Origin: Octopus bimaculoides
Lineage: Eukaryota
Reading direction: 5' to 3'
NCBI RefSeq assembly: GCF_001194135.2
Contig: NC_068982.1
Span: 97,879,724-97,943,723 of the forward strand
Length of the DNA: 64,000 nt
Below are positions 1 through 12,989 of this stretch, in pieces (position 1 is the first letter of the stretch; every line of letters starts with the position of its first letter). The notes beneath the pieces were generated by a model. It was not told where the DNA came from. It saw only the letters and a program-made list of their open reading frames with translations, and did not search any database. The position numbers and the translations under genes were made by a program.

Positions 1-321
1 TATATTGTTGTACTTGGGGATGGTCATATTGCCAGTTTAGCCAATAAAAACACACGCACTGTATATTTGGTGTTAATTTGCTTCAGCTTTATATTACATT
101 AATCTTAATCTTATTTCGGCCAGAGTTCTTTCGTCACACTTCTGTGACCTCATCAGTGGTCCTTTGTTTCCTTCCTTCTTATGTGTGTCTCACCTTGCTA
201 GATATCAGCCATTTATATACATACATATATACATATATACGTGTGTATGTGTGTGCATTTGTGTGCGTGCACACAAACATACATACATACAAATATGTAC
301 ATATATACGTATATGTATAGA

Positions 322-470
322 CTGTGTGGTAAGAAGCTTGCTTCCAAACCACATAGTTCAGGGTTCAGTCTCACTGCATGGTACCTTGGGCAAGTGTCTT
401 CTACTATAGCCTCGGGCCGACCAAAGCTTTGTAAGTGGATTTGGCAGACGGAAACTGAAAGAACCCCGTC

Positions 471-506
<36 letters not shown>

Positions 507-1215
507 NNNNNNNNNNNNNNNNNNNNNNNNNNNNNNNNNNNNNNNNNNNNNNNNNNNNNNNNNNNNNNNNNNNNNNNNNNNNNNNNNNNNNNNNNNNNNN
601 NNNNNNNNNNNNNNNNNNNNNNNNNNNNNNNNNNNNNNNNNNNNNNNNNNNNNNNNNNNNNNNNNNNNNNNNNNNNNNNNNNNNNNNNNNNNNNNNNNNN
701 NNNNNNNNNNNNNNNNNNNNNNNNNNNNNNNNNNNNNNNNNNNNNNNNNNNNNNNNNNNNNNNNNNNNNNNNNNNNNNNNNNNNNNNNNNNNNNNNNNNN
801 NNNNNNNNNNNNNNNNNNNNNNNNNNNNNNNNNNNNNNNNNNNNNNNNNNNNNNNNNNNNNNNNNNNNNNNNNNNNNNNNNNNNNNNNNNNNNNNNNNNN
901 NNNNNNNNNNNNNNNNNNNNNNNNNNNNNNNNNNNNNNNNNNNNNNNNNNNNNNNNNNNNNNNNNNNNNNNNNNNNNNNNNNNNNNNNNNNNNNNNNGTA
1001 TGTATGTATATATGTATATGTTTGTGTGTCTGTGTTTGTCTCCCACCATCACTTGACAACCGATGCTGGTGTGTTTACGTTCCGTAACCTAGCGGTTCAG
1101 CATAAGAAACCGATAGAATAAATACTATGCTTACTACGAATAAGTCCTGGGGTCGACTTGTTCGACTAAAGGCGGTGCTCCAGCATTGCCGCAGTCAAAT
1201 GACAATAACATGTTA
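322..1215 (+). mobile_element. SINE family A (tRNA-like head, CORE-like box, internal microsatellite, conserved tail); spans N-gap
   Basis: Head ...ACCTTGGGCAAGTGTCTTCTACTATAGCCTCGGGCCGACC...GACGGAAACTGAAAGAA and tail ...GTCCTGGGGTCGACTTGTTCGACTAAAGGCGGTGCTCCAGCA recur many times in the window; gap 507-997. Confidence 0.85.
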
Positions 1216-1667
1216 AAGAATAAACGAATGTTTATAACTGCATATGACTACAAGCGCGATTGTATGTGTGAACTAGTGCACTATTAGAAGAGGTTATCAA
1301 AATCTGTGGTGATTGGACATTATGTAAATAAAATATACTTAATTGTTGGCATGAATAGATTAAAAGAAGATAGTTATGAGAACAAAATATAATTTAATTA
1401 ACGTAGTTTATATATTCAGTTCATTGTTCAGTTATTACATCATAGGAACAGTGAATTTACAACAATCCAGTCAAAACCATATCACTCAACATGGGCTACT
1501 TATTGATGACTTCAAAATTTAATCTGCACTATCGGAAATGAAACTATTTAAGGAATAGATATATTTGACAATAAATATCTTCACGCTTTTGATTATATCG
1601 CCGATATACTTCCATAGTTGTTCCCTATTTTGGCACCCGTGTTGTCTGTCGCGTTGTTACTACTTTT

Positions 1668-2066
1668 TATTCTCTTTTACACGTTTCAGTCATTTGATTG
1701 TGGCCGTGCTGGAGCACCGCCTTTAGTCGAAGAAATCGACCCCAGAACTTATTCTTAGTAAGCCTAGTACTTATTTTATCGGTCCTTTTTGCCGAACTGC
1801 TAGTTTCGGGGACGTAAACACACCAACATCGGTTGTCAAGCGATGGATGTGGAACAAGCACAGACACAAAGACACACACATAAGTATAAATACATATATA
1901 GACATACGACGAGCTTCTTTCAGTTTCCGTCGACCAGATCCACTCACAAGGCTTTGGTTGGCCCACGGCTACAGTGGAAGGCACTCGCCCAAGGTGCCAC
2001 GCAGTGGGACTGAATCCAGAATCATATGGCTGGAGAGCAAGGTTCTTACCACACAGCCACGCCTGC
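1668..2066 (-). mobile_element. SINE family A, full length
   Basis: Reverse complement of the head and tail at 322-1215. Confidence 0.85.
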
Positions 2067-2112
2067 ACCTATGTTTTATTAAAAGACTTTCCGTTATTTC
2101 GTCTGTTTACAT

Positions 2113-2354
2113 CAGTGGTTCTCAACCAGGGTCCATATAAGATTTTGTTATAAAAAATGTATGTGCCATAAATTGGTTATAGTTCTACAACGCACAAAAT
2201 ATTTTAACAGTTTTCTAATACAATTCCTAATGATGTTTAACTATAAAAATACGAAAGGATTTTTTTGTATATTTATATTGAATGGTTTTGGAGGTTCCGT
2301 AGAGTAAGAGAGGAATCAAAAGGGTCTATAGTCAAAAAATGCTCGAACCCACTG
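2113..2354. mobile_element. hAT (Charlie-like) MITE
   Basis: Termini CAGTGGTTCTCAACC ... GCTCGAACCCACTG; 8-bp TSD GTTTACAT/GTTTTCAT (7/8); related copy at 52278. Confidence 0.7.
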
Positions 2355-2477
2355 GTTTTCATCAATGAGTGAAAGTTACACCAGCTTACACATACACAAA
2401 CACACCCATATCCCTCCTTCCTTCCTTCCGTCCTTTCTTTCGTTTTTTCTTTCTTTCTTTCTTTCGTATTAACAAGC

Positions 2478-2674
2478 TCGGTTTCGGTTTCAGTCGTACT
2501 GCGCGGCACCTTGAGTAAGCTGTTTCTACTATATCCCCGTGCCGACCGATGCCTTGTAAATGAGNNNNNNNNNNNNNNNNNNNNNNNNNNNNNNNNNNNN
2601 NNNNNNNNNNNNNNNNNNNNNNNNNNNNNNNNNNNNNNNNNNNNNNNNNNNNNNNNNNNNNNNNNNNNNNNNNN

Positions 2675-2730
<56 letters not shown>

Positions 2731-2870
2731 AACACTATTTGACAACCAGCGTTGATTTGTTTACGTCCCCGTAACAGCATTTCGTCGAAAACAAAGCAAA
2801 AGAATAAGCACCATACTTGAATAATCAGTCAGTTGAACCCTTCAAGGCCGTTCCTCAATATGGACACAAT
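2478..2870 (+). mobile_element. SINE family A, degenerate
   Basis: Partial head before the gap and degenerate tail after (GT)n. Confidence 0.6.
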
Positions 2871-2939
2871 TCAATGAGATAAAAGCATTTTATACTTAAC
2901 AACATTATATTAAATACTCTTTGATATTTACCTATCCTA

Positions 2940-3130
2940 ATGTGGTGAGCTGGCAGAATCGTTAACACACTGGACAAGCTGCTTAGCGGTATTTTGCTCG
3001 TCTTTATGTTCTCAGCAAATTACGCCGGGCTCGATAAAATAAGTACCAGTTAAGCACTGGTGTCGATGTAATCGACTTACTTTCTCCCCCGAAATTGCTG
3101 GTTTTGTGCCAGAATTTGAAACTAATATTA
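2940..3130 (+). mobile_element. SINE family B, internally deleted
   Basis: GAGCTGGCAGAATCGTTA...GCTTAGCGGTATT...TCGATAAAATAAGTACCAG shared with 14581, 14813 and 27212. Confidence 0.75.
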
Positions 3131-3323
3131 CCTGCCCCTTGTGTAATACTATTTTCTCTTTCATTTCTGTATTTTATCAGTTATATCTAACTCTAAGTAC
3201 TTATCTGGATAGTCTGTTCTAAATTTCTGACTTCAATGTGTCTATGAAATATAATGTTCTCAGTGTTAGTAATTTTGTCTCTTACATACATTTGTTTTAT
3301 CCTGCATTCTATTCATTTTAAAG

Positions 3324-3352
3324 CATTGGCTTGGATTTATGAATGATTTCTG
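3324..3352 (+). CDS. Candidate micro-exon (HWLGFMNDF-), possibly the end of an F-box motif
   Basis: TCTATTCATTTTAAAG| acceptor and TG|GTAAGT donor; phase-2 end is compatible with 8630; W..ND.W resembles F-box helix end only weakly. Confidence 0.25.
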
Positions 3353-3513
3353 GTAAGTTTTCCGACTGGAAATATATGCAAGTCATCCATATGAAAAAGA
3401 GGATTTATTATTCGTCAGATGTGTCCGTACCCATTGGTAGTTTAATTCAACAGCTTTGTAAATGTAGTCAAAACTAGGCCAGAGTACAGGCAGAGAGGAT
3501 AGTGAATCTCTCT

Positions 3514-3903
3514 GTTGTTGTTGGCACTCCGTCGCTTACGACGTCGAGGGTTCCAGTTGATCCGATCAACGAAACAACCTGCTCATGAAATTAACGTGCA
3601 AGTGGCTGAGCACTCCACAGACATGTGTACCCTTAACGTAGTTCTCGGGGATATTCAGCATGACACAGCGTGACAAGGCTGACCCTTTGAATTAACAGGC
3701 ACAACAGAAACAGGAAGTAAGAGTGAGAGAAAGTTGTGGTGAAAGAGTACAGCAGGGTTCGCCACCATCCCCTGCCGGAGCCTCGTGGAGCTTTTAGGTG
3801 TTTTCGCTCAATAAACACTCACAACGCCCGGTCTGGGAATCGAAACCGCGACCCTATGACCGCGAGTCCGCTGACCCAACCACTGGGCCATTGCGCCTCC
3901 ACA
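3514..3903 (-). mobile_element. SINE family D, full length with TSD
   Basis: Head GGAGGCGCAATGGCCCAGTGG...GGTTTCGATTCC on minus; 11-bp TSD TGAATCTCTCT at 3503-3513 and 3904-3914. Confidence 0.9.
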
Positions 3904-3929
3904 TGAATCTCTCTAGGTATAGAACTGAT

Positions 3930-5639
3930 AATAATCATTTCCTCTCATAGTAATAATGTTGTTTTCTATTTTTTACCTGGTATGGTTAGTTTATTTTGTT
4001 AACATTGGGTATGTTTTTATTTACGTGGAGCATTTTTGTTATCGTAGTGTGTGTTATGCAGTCAAATGATTTTAGTAGTCATATTAGGCTATAATGAGGT
4101 TTGCTTTTTCTCTTTTTGCTGTCTTCTATAACAGCCCGGTTTAACAGTAACTGATTTTTACAACCACTCTTTTCAGCACTTTTTTCTATTCCCTTGGAAA
4201 TATATTATTGCAACTCTAGGGGAGCAACCAGCCTGTTGTAAGAACTATTTTGCGTTGTTGGTAAGAAACTTGCCCGTAATTTTTAGAATCCCTGGTATTT
4301 TTTTTTACCTTGAGAATTAATGTTGCTTTCTTCCCTAGCAAGCATTCAGATAGTGATTCTGATCGACTTACCGTCTTATTAAATGTTATCACCATATACG
4401 CATGAATATATAGGTAAAATGATATTTCGACCAGAATGTGTGGATCTTGTCAATCTTCGGGGCTTTTCCAATTATATGCAGTTTTTTATGCGTTGGTGAA
4501 TCTCTTGCTTGCTTTTATGGGTCATGCATGCAACNNNNNNNNNNTTCTAATCCAGTGTGATTTTTCTTGAGCTGAATATATTTTTTCCCATTTCCTTACA
4601 GTATGCTTGAATTCCCGTTAACATCAGCATGTCATTCGGTACTATAGACCTTTTTTTAATATCCATGCAAAATCTTTTGGTGTTTAATTCAAATACCGAA
4701 TTCTCCTTAAAAAAGTACACACGTTTTTCAAGGCATCTGACTGCATGCATTTTTTTATGATTCACCTAAGATTTTTCATATTTTATTTACTGTATTGATT
4801 TATTTATCTATTTTGTTTCTGTGTTGTCTTCTTTTTTTATTGATATTACCCCTTTTAGTTCCATCGATCCTTTATTTACCTCATGTTAGATTCCTGCTTT
4901 TCCATTCCGTGAAGAAAGGGTTTCTTTCCCTCTTTTTCTCAAATCCATAAAATATATTTGTGTGATGGTGCTGCGGCAGATCCGTCTATATCTGGTCTTC
5001 CTCAATATTTTACTGCTGAATATATTAGACCATTCAGTTGACATCCGGGTAGTTTGTTACCACGGACAGAATTTCTTGCTGGCTCTGTTATAGTTATTTA
5101 TTTATTTGTTTATTTATTTATGTTGTACTGTTATTTGTGTGTAACTTGAGCAGATGTTTACTTTAAATCTATGCTGGCCAACTTTGTTATGCTTACTTTT
5201 TCTATTTTATCTATTGTTTCTATTAAGTCATCCTCAATGTTAACGCAGAATGATCTGTTGTAATGTGTGTTTTCATTGTTTGCTGTTACGTGTGGAGTCG
5301 AGGATATATTGTAATTGTGCGTGTGCCTTCTGGATTTTAGCACTTGCTTTTGCTTGTCTTGGTTTTGAATTTGCTGCAATGCATTGTTTGCTTCTTGTGT
5401 GTGAGTCCTGTAGCGTTTTGACCACATTCTGAAGATTTATTTTCTGTATGTTCAATCATATCTGTTACATCCCAGATTTGTTGTATATGATGGAATGAGT
5501 TGTGTTAACTTCATCAATTCCAGTTTATCTCAGTCTTTTAGGTAGCATTTTGGGTATTGCACCAAGTTCACCAATTACCAAAGGAATAATTATTGTTTTG
5601 TAGTTTTCCAGTTTCTTCAGCCCTCTGGTTAGAATCTGA

Positions 5640-5640
<1 letters not shown>
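3930..5640 (-). mobile_element. Degenerate R4/Dong-like (RLE-type) non-LTR retrotransposon fragments
   Basis: Minus-strand translation with frameshifts: TIIIPLVIGELGAIPK (RLE C-terminus, ~5490-5640), KRVYFFKENSVFELNTKRF, K.PKIDKIHTFWSKY, DSKNYG, SGCKNQLLLNRAVIEDS, DY.KSFDCITH (RT motifs). Confidence 0.7.
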
Positions 5641-5724
<84 letters not shown>

Positions 5725-5760
5725 GCTGTTGTTATTATCATCATCATGATCATCATCTTC
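5641..5760. repeat. Compound (ATT)n(GTT)n(ATC)n microsatellite
   Basis: Seen directly. Confidence 0.95.
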
Positions 5761-6824
5761 ATTAAACTTTATATTAATTAATTAATTTTTTTTGTCATTA
5801 GTTCAAATCCCGCCAAAATCAACTTCACTTTCATCCTTCTGGGAGCGATAAAATGCAGTGCCTGTCAAGTAGATGATATTGACTAAAGCTTTCCTTTCAA
5901 AACTGCTGACGTTGTCCCTAAATTTGAATCCATCATCATNNNNNNNNNNNNNNNNNNNNNNNNNNNNNNNNNNNNNNNNNNNNNNNNNNNNNNNNNNNNN
6001 NNNNNNNNNNNNNNNNNNNNNNNNNNNNNNNNNNNNNNNNNNNNNNNNNNNNNNNNNNNNNNNNNNNNNNNNNNNNNNNNNNNNNNNNNNNNNNNNNNNN
6101 NNNNNNNNNNNNNNNNNNNNNNNNNNNNNNNNNNNNNNNNNNNNNNNNNNNNNNNNNNNNNNNNNNNNNNNNNNNNNNNNNNNNNNNNNNNNNNNNNNNN
6201 NNNNNNNNNNNNNNNNNNNNNNNNNNNNNNNNNNNNNNNNNNNNNNNNNNNNNNNNNNNNNNNNNNNNNNNNNNNNNNNNNNNNNNNNNNNNNNNNNNNN
6301 NNNNNNNNNNNNNNNNNNNNNNNNNNNNNNNNNNNNNNNNNNNNNNNNNNNNNNNNNNNNNNNNNNNNNNNNNNNNNNNNNNNNNNNNNNNNNNNNNNNN
6401 NNNNNNNNNNNNNNNNNNNNNNNNNNNNNNNNNNNNNNNNNNNNNNNNNNNNNNNNNNNNNNNNNNNNNNNNNNNNNNNNNNNNNNNNNNNNNNNNNNNN
6501 NNNNNNNNNNNNNNNNNNNNNNNNNNNNNNNNNNNNNNNNNNNNNNNNNNNNNNNNNNNNNNNNNNNNNNNNNNNNNNNNNNNNNNNNNNNNNNNNNNNN
6601 NNNNNNNNNNNNNNNNNNNNNNNNNNNNNNNNNNNNNNNNNNNNNNNNNNNNNNNNNNNNNNNNNNNNNNNNNNNNNNNNNNNNNNNNNNNNNNNGCTGC
6701 AAGTTCGTTAATTGCATACATCAACTATAACCTATTGGAAGTACCGACATTGACACTTCGCCCCCTACTCCACCTTCTGCTTACCGACACCAAAACAATA
6801 CACACACAGCATGCACGCACGCAC

Positions 6825-6866
<42 letters not shown>

Positions 6867-7539
6867 GCACACACGCACGCACACACGCATACGCATTTCC
6901 TACTATCCCTACACACACATCTACATATACCCACATGCACATATACATAAACATATCGATAAATGCAAATACAGTACCACAAAAACGCGCTCATAGTTCA
7001 TATTTCAAAATAATAACTTTTTTTCACCCGCTTCCTTAAAAAGATCTAAAGCAGGTTTAAACCGAATTAGTCTTTAATCTTTTACAAAAACAATCCGAAA
7101 TGTTTTCATGTGTAGAATATCTTTGAATGTCATCATCGTCATCGTCGTCGCAGGCGGTGGAGGAGGCGGCGTCATTGTCGTCATCATTAGCAGCAACAGC
7201 ATTTTATCATTATCAGCACCATCACAAACAGTATCATAACCACCTCGAAACAACAAACAACAATAACAACAATAGTTAACATAACATAACATAAACGCTA
7301 ACAATAAGCAACATAAATATTAACGGAATTAAATATCTTGCACTTTTCTAACAACCAAATTATAGCAAGAGGAACTAAAAGAGAAAAACAAAACTTCAAT
7401 ATGGAAATATTGGAAAAAAACTTTAACGTGTTTAATGGGAAAGAACACAATTTTTCCAGGTACCAATTTACACTACGCAACAATAGTCCACACAACCCAT
7501 TACCATACTAAACAACAATACATGAAGTATGCATAAGAG

Positions 7540-8460
7540 TACGAGGGGGTACCGAAAATAAACCGGAATTTTGCAATATTATTTTCTTCACTTAGTTTTA
7601 CATGTTTACACTTTTATCGCTATCAAAGTATTCTCGATTTGAAACAATGCATCGGTCCAGACACGTTTTCCATTGTTCGGAGCAGTGCTGGAACTCTTGC
7701 GAAGTGATGCTTTTTAACACCTCCATCGTATTTTATCTTCACCTCTTCGACATCAGCAAATTCCGTAGCACCAGCTTTCGTTACCAGTGATGACCTTCGA
7801 CAAAAGGTCCGGATCAACTTCCAACTATTCTTTTCAGTTCACGACACGCATTCAGCCGTGACTGATTTTGATCTCCCGTGAGCAAGTGAGGCACAAATTT
7901 TGCTGCATCTCTTTTCATTCGCAATTCTTCGCTCAAAATTCGTTGGCAGGAGCTCCAGGATACACCAGTCATATCAACAAGTCCGTCAATTGTTCGGTGA
8001 CAGTCCTTCAAGGTCAGATCATGAATTTTCATGATGTTTTCATTCGCTAGGGGGTGGGGTGTCGACCATCGCCCTGAACGAAATTGGTCTTCAAGCGACA
8101 AGCAACCACTCCTAAAGCGTGAAAACCACTCGTAAACTTGTGTTTTGCTCATAGCAGTGTCATTGTAAGCTGTTTGAAGCATGACAACTGTTTCGGCCAC
8201 TGTTTTCCCCGAAAGAAAACAAAATTTAATAGAAGCATGCTGTTCCTTCGTTTCAGCCATCGCAAAAATCGACGAACAAGGGAGAAGCACTGCAAAACAA
8301 AGATGCACCACGTAGCAGTACGATTTCACTGCACGATGCCGGTCGGTAGACTGATGCCTGAGGATCGCATCAAGAATACACTACACTGCACAACACTATA
8401 CACAAGAATACACCACTCTACTGACCACATTATTCGGAATTTCTTCATATATTGTTCGGT
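7540..8460 (-). mobile_element. Mariner relic with internal deletion of the catalytic core
   Basis: TIR TACGAGGGGGTACCGAAAATAAACCGGAATT at 7540; ORF 7814-8329 has mariner HTH (EQHASIKF...VYEWFSRF...KFVPHLL); ITGNESWCYG is joined directly to C-terminal FADVEEVK...EQWKTCLDRCIVSNREYFD; other TIR degenerate ~8438-8460. Confidence 0.9.
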
Positions 8461-8629
8461 GAGATGAGGTTATATGATTATACAATTCACTCAGTTGGAA
8501 TTCCTTTGAGGAATACTCATATCGAAGCGTTTTACATCGGATTTAAATCTAAAGATTTTAACAACTGCAGCGCTGAATTTTTTTTTCTTCTTTTTTTGTA
8601 TGTGATAAATTTGTTGATTATTCCTGCAG

Positions 8630-8831
8630 GATGCTTCGGTTGTTGCAACACAGAAAAATTGCCCAACCAAATAAGTGGAAATGGATTTTTCGAAATATGG
8701 CTCAAAATGTTCCTTTCAGTATATGCCACTGGACAATTATTGATTGTGCTTCTGGTGACAAGCATTTCATATACCCATCAGAACAGATCTTAAGAAGATA
8801 TGCAATATTTATTAAAATGTTGTCATACTTA
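8630..8831 (+). CDS. Candidate coding exon (MLRLLQHRKIAQPNKWKWIFRNMAQN...FIKMLSYL), possibly of the WD40 gene
   Basis: TTCCTGCAG| acceptor, TTA|GTGAGT donor, open 202 nt, phase 2 to 0; no unambiguous domain; a second frame is also largely open. Confidence 0.35.
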
Positions 8832-9139
8832 GTGAGTAACATTGAATGTCAAAAAGTTAAAATGCTTTTTTCCTAAACTGAACAGTTTAAATCTAAAACG
8901 TTTTGTCGTTTTATTTATAACTGCTAATGATTGCATTATCCTAAAATATATTTTTGTGTTTAAAAGAGTAAAGCATAATCGCATGGCCTGGGACATGAAT
9001 AGTAAGTGCAAAAGCTTATCAATGCTGTAGAGATATGTTTCATAAAAAGAATACTGAAGGTGTCCTACGCAGATAGAGTGATATATATAAAGGTGCTTCC
9101 TTATATTATCTGAAAGCTTCTTAAAAGCATTAGGAAACA

Positions 9140-9375
9140 ATAGGCTCAGTTCATAGGACTATGAAGAGAAAAAAAACAAAGCCTTGAGCATTTGGTGCGA
9201 ACCAGGAAACTAAAAGGAAGAAGCCAAGGAAAGCAGAGAAAGAGGATACTAAATGGCCTTATAAACTGGCTTCAGAAAGATCACCCTGTTAAACGTTCCA
9301 AGCTGTGCGTTGTACAGGAGAGCATGGGGGTTCATGATCGTTCACGCCTGTAAACATGACACATGAAGAGAGAGA
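9140..9375 (+). mobile_element. RTE-clade LINE 3' fragment
   Basis: LEHLVRTRKLKGRSQGKQRKRILNGLINWL...RRAWGFMIVHACKHDT*, typical of RTE C-termini. Confidence 0.7.
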
Positions 9376-10976
9376 TAGTTTGAATCGTAAGTGATTAAAT
9401 GAAGAGAAATAATTAATAAACTTTCAATCAACAGCCTACTCTTGCCTTTAAACTAACTGACGCCACTATATATACCGTATTACACTAACAAAAGAAGATG
9501 CAACATCTCAAGGCTCAAATCAATATTCCACATCTAATTATATACAACTGCAATATTTATTATTGTAAAAGATGCGGATGACAGGAAAGATAGAAGGCAG
9601 GACTAAATGCGTATTGGTTTCAAAGCAACTAAGTTCTCATTTTGAATTACTGCCTGAATCGATTTTCTTTTCATCCTCTTATTGCCGATATATAAAGTAA
9701 CAGTGATGTCCTAGGGAACACATTGCTCACTACACACCTACCATAAATATTTATAGGAATGTGAAGGAATGTAAAGGAAATCGAACAATGATAATCGAAA
9801 TATATCTATTGCATAAACCTCGATATTCAGAACATACATAATGAGATATATATATATATATAGATAGATAGATAGATAGATATATATATAGAGAGAGAGA
9901 GAGAGAGAGGAGGAGGAGGAGGAGAGAGAGAGAGGAAGAGGAGGAGAGAGAGAGAAAGAGAGACAGACAGAGAGACAAAGAAAAAGGCAGGCCGCAGCTC
10001 TGAGCTGAAACTTTGAAATGAAATGAAATGAAATATGTATATATGCATGAATGTATACATACACACACAGATGTATGTATATATACAAACATACACAGGA
10101 AAACACAGGCACACACAGACAGACACACACACACACACACACACACANNNNNNNNNNNNNNNNNNNNNNNNNNNNNNNNNNNNNNNNNNNNNNNNNNNNN
10201 NNNNNNNNNNNNNNNNNNNNNNNNNNNNNNNNNNNNNNNNNNNNNNNNNNNNNNNNNNNNNNNNNNNNNNNNNNNNNNNNNNNNNNNNNNNNNNNNNNNN
10301 NNNNNNNNNNNNNNNNNNNNNNNNNNNNNNNNNNNNNNNNNNNNNNNNNNNNNNNNNNNNNNNNNNNNNNNNNNNNNNNNNNNNNNNNNNNNNNNNNNNN
10401 NNNNNNNNNNNNNNNNNNNNNNNNNNNNNNNNNNNNNNNNNNNNNNNNNNNNNNNNNNNNNNNNNNNNNNNNNNNNNNNNNNNNNNNNNNNNNNNNNNNN
10501 NNNNNNNNNNNNNNNNNNNNNNNNNNNNNNNNNNNNNNNNNNNNNNNNNNNNNNNNNNNNNNNNNNNNNNNNNNNNNNNNNNNNNNNNNNNNNNNNNNNN
10601 NNNNNNNNNNNNNNNNNNNNNNNNNNNNNNNNNNNNNNNNNNNNNNNNNNNNNNNNNNNNNNNNNNNNNNNNNNNNNNNNNNNNNNNNNNNNNNNNNNNN
10701 NNNNNNNNNNNNNNNNNNNNNNNNNNNNNNNNNNNNNNNNNNNNNNNNNNNNNNNNNNNNNNNNNNNNNNNNNNNNNNNNNNNNNNNNNNNNNNNNNNNN
10801 NNNNNNNNNNNNNNNNNNNNNNNNNNNNNNNNNNNNNNNNNNNNNNNNNNNNNNNNNNNNNNNNNNNNNNNNNNNNNNNNNNNNNNNNNNNNNNNNNNNN
10901 NNNNNNNNNNNNNNNNNNNNNNNNNNNNNNNNNNNNNNNNNNNNNNNNNNNNNNNNNNNNNNNNNNNNNNNNNNNN

Positions 10977-11057
<81 letters not shown>

Positions 11058-11339
11058 CATACATACATACATATATGTAAATATACAAACATTCATACAC
11101 ATGCATGTATACATACATATATATGCGTATTCACACAGGTAGAGATACATATATGTATGTTTGTGTGTGTATATATATATATACACCCACACACTCATAT
11201 ACACACACCTTTATACACAAATGATAAATAATTAAAATAAATTGTCTGTTAACAACTGTTGTAGCCACAAACCAATAATCTCTATCAAAACAGTAAAATA
11301 TTCAGATTTTCATAGCTTATTCCTGTCCTTCTGTCGCAG

Positions 11340-11388
11340 ATCCGGTCACCCCTTTCCACGCCGAGTGTTCTCCAGTCTACAGAGCAGC
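11340..11388 (+). other. Candidate 49-nt exon, unassigned
   Basis: TCCTGTCCTTCTGTCGCAG| acceptor and C|GTGAGT donor; all three frames open; locally GC-richer. Confidence 0.3.
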
Positions 11389-11634
11389 GTGAGTCATGAA
11401 ACCTGTCTCCTCCAGCCAATCAGTATTAATCTGAGTTGGTAGAAAGAATCGGGCTTTAACTAAGAAACATCAACCCAGAAAATTACCAAATCAAGCGATA
11501 GCGTTTTTCTTCCTCATAAATATTTGCATTTCATAAACATGAACAACCTTGCTGAACGTTCAGTTGTGTGCTGTTCAGCAAAGCAACGCAATGATATCCA
11601 ACATGCGTGCATATATGTAATTACATACACGAGT

Positions 11635-11711
<77 letters not shown>

Positions 11712-12203
11712 CAGGCGGCAGAGAGAGGATGGACGAGAGAGAGAAAGATAAAACTTCATATGTGTGTGTGTCTTTGTGTGTGAGTGTGTGCACTTGAACA
11801 TGTATATATGTATCCGTGTGTGTGTGTATGTGTGTATACATATACATATGCATAGTGCGTATCGATTTGATCACATTCACATGCATACATACATAAGCAT
11901 TTACGTAGTTATTGCAAAAACCTAAAAGCCGAAAATGCAGTCTCTCTCCGCGAGAAATCGAAACTAATAACATTCTGGTCGTCATCATTGTTGTTGCTAT
12001 CGGGGTTGTTGCTTTTAGTGTTTTCACTTGTGTGTGTTTTATGTATTTTTGTTTTTATTTCTTTATAGTTAAAGGAGAGAATTATCTACAAATTATAAAA
12101 AACTTGACCAGTTCCATTAATATATAATTATTTCTGGTGTGTCACAAAAACATACAGACAAATACAATCACCCACATAGACACACACATATACACACATT
12201 TGT

Positions 12204-12264
<61 letters not shown>

Positions 12265-12776
12265 NNNNNNNNNNNNNNNNNNNNNNNNNNNNNNNNNNNN
12301 NNNNNNNNNNNNNNNNNNNNNNNNNNNNNNNNNNNNNNNNNNNNNNNNNNNNNNNNNNNNNNNNNNNNNNNNNNNNNNNNNNNNNNNNNNNNNNNNNNNN
12401 NNNNNNNNNNNNNNNNNNNNNNNNNNNNNNNNNNNNNNNNNNNNNNNNNNNNNNNNNNNNNNNNNNNNNNNNNNNNNNNNNNNNNNNNNNNNNNNNNNNN
12501 NNNNNNNNNNNNNNNNNNNNNNNNNNNNNNNNNNNNNNNNNNNNNNNNNNNNNNNNNNNNNNNNNNNNNNNNNNNNNNNNNNNNNNNNNNNNNNNNNNNN
12601 NNNNNNNNNNNNNNNNNNNNNNNNNNNNNNNNNNNNNNNNNNNNNNNNNNNNNNNNNNNNNNNNNNNNNNNNNNNNNNNNNNNNNNNNNNNNNNNNNNNN
12701 NNNNNNNNNNNNNNNNNNNNNNNNNNNNNNNNNNNNNNNNNNNNNNNNNNNNNNNNNNNNNNNNNNNNNNNNNNNN

Positions 12777-12819
<43 letters not shown>

Positions 12820-12989
12820 AAATAATGTATTTGTGAATATAAAGGGTATAATTTAATCCTATTAAGTGAAGATATCATTGGCCAAATCGTCATTCGAACT
12901 TAAATATTATAATGCCAAAGAAAGAAAGAAAAAAGGAAGAAAGAAAGTAAAAAGGAAGAAAGAAAGAAATCCCATCTTATGTTATTTGT

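Noticed and set aside
213-12893. Long ORFs containing X runs, and similar ones elsewhere in the window
   Set aside because: Artefacts of N-gaps and dinucleotide repeats.
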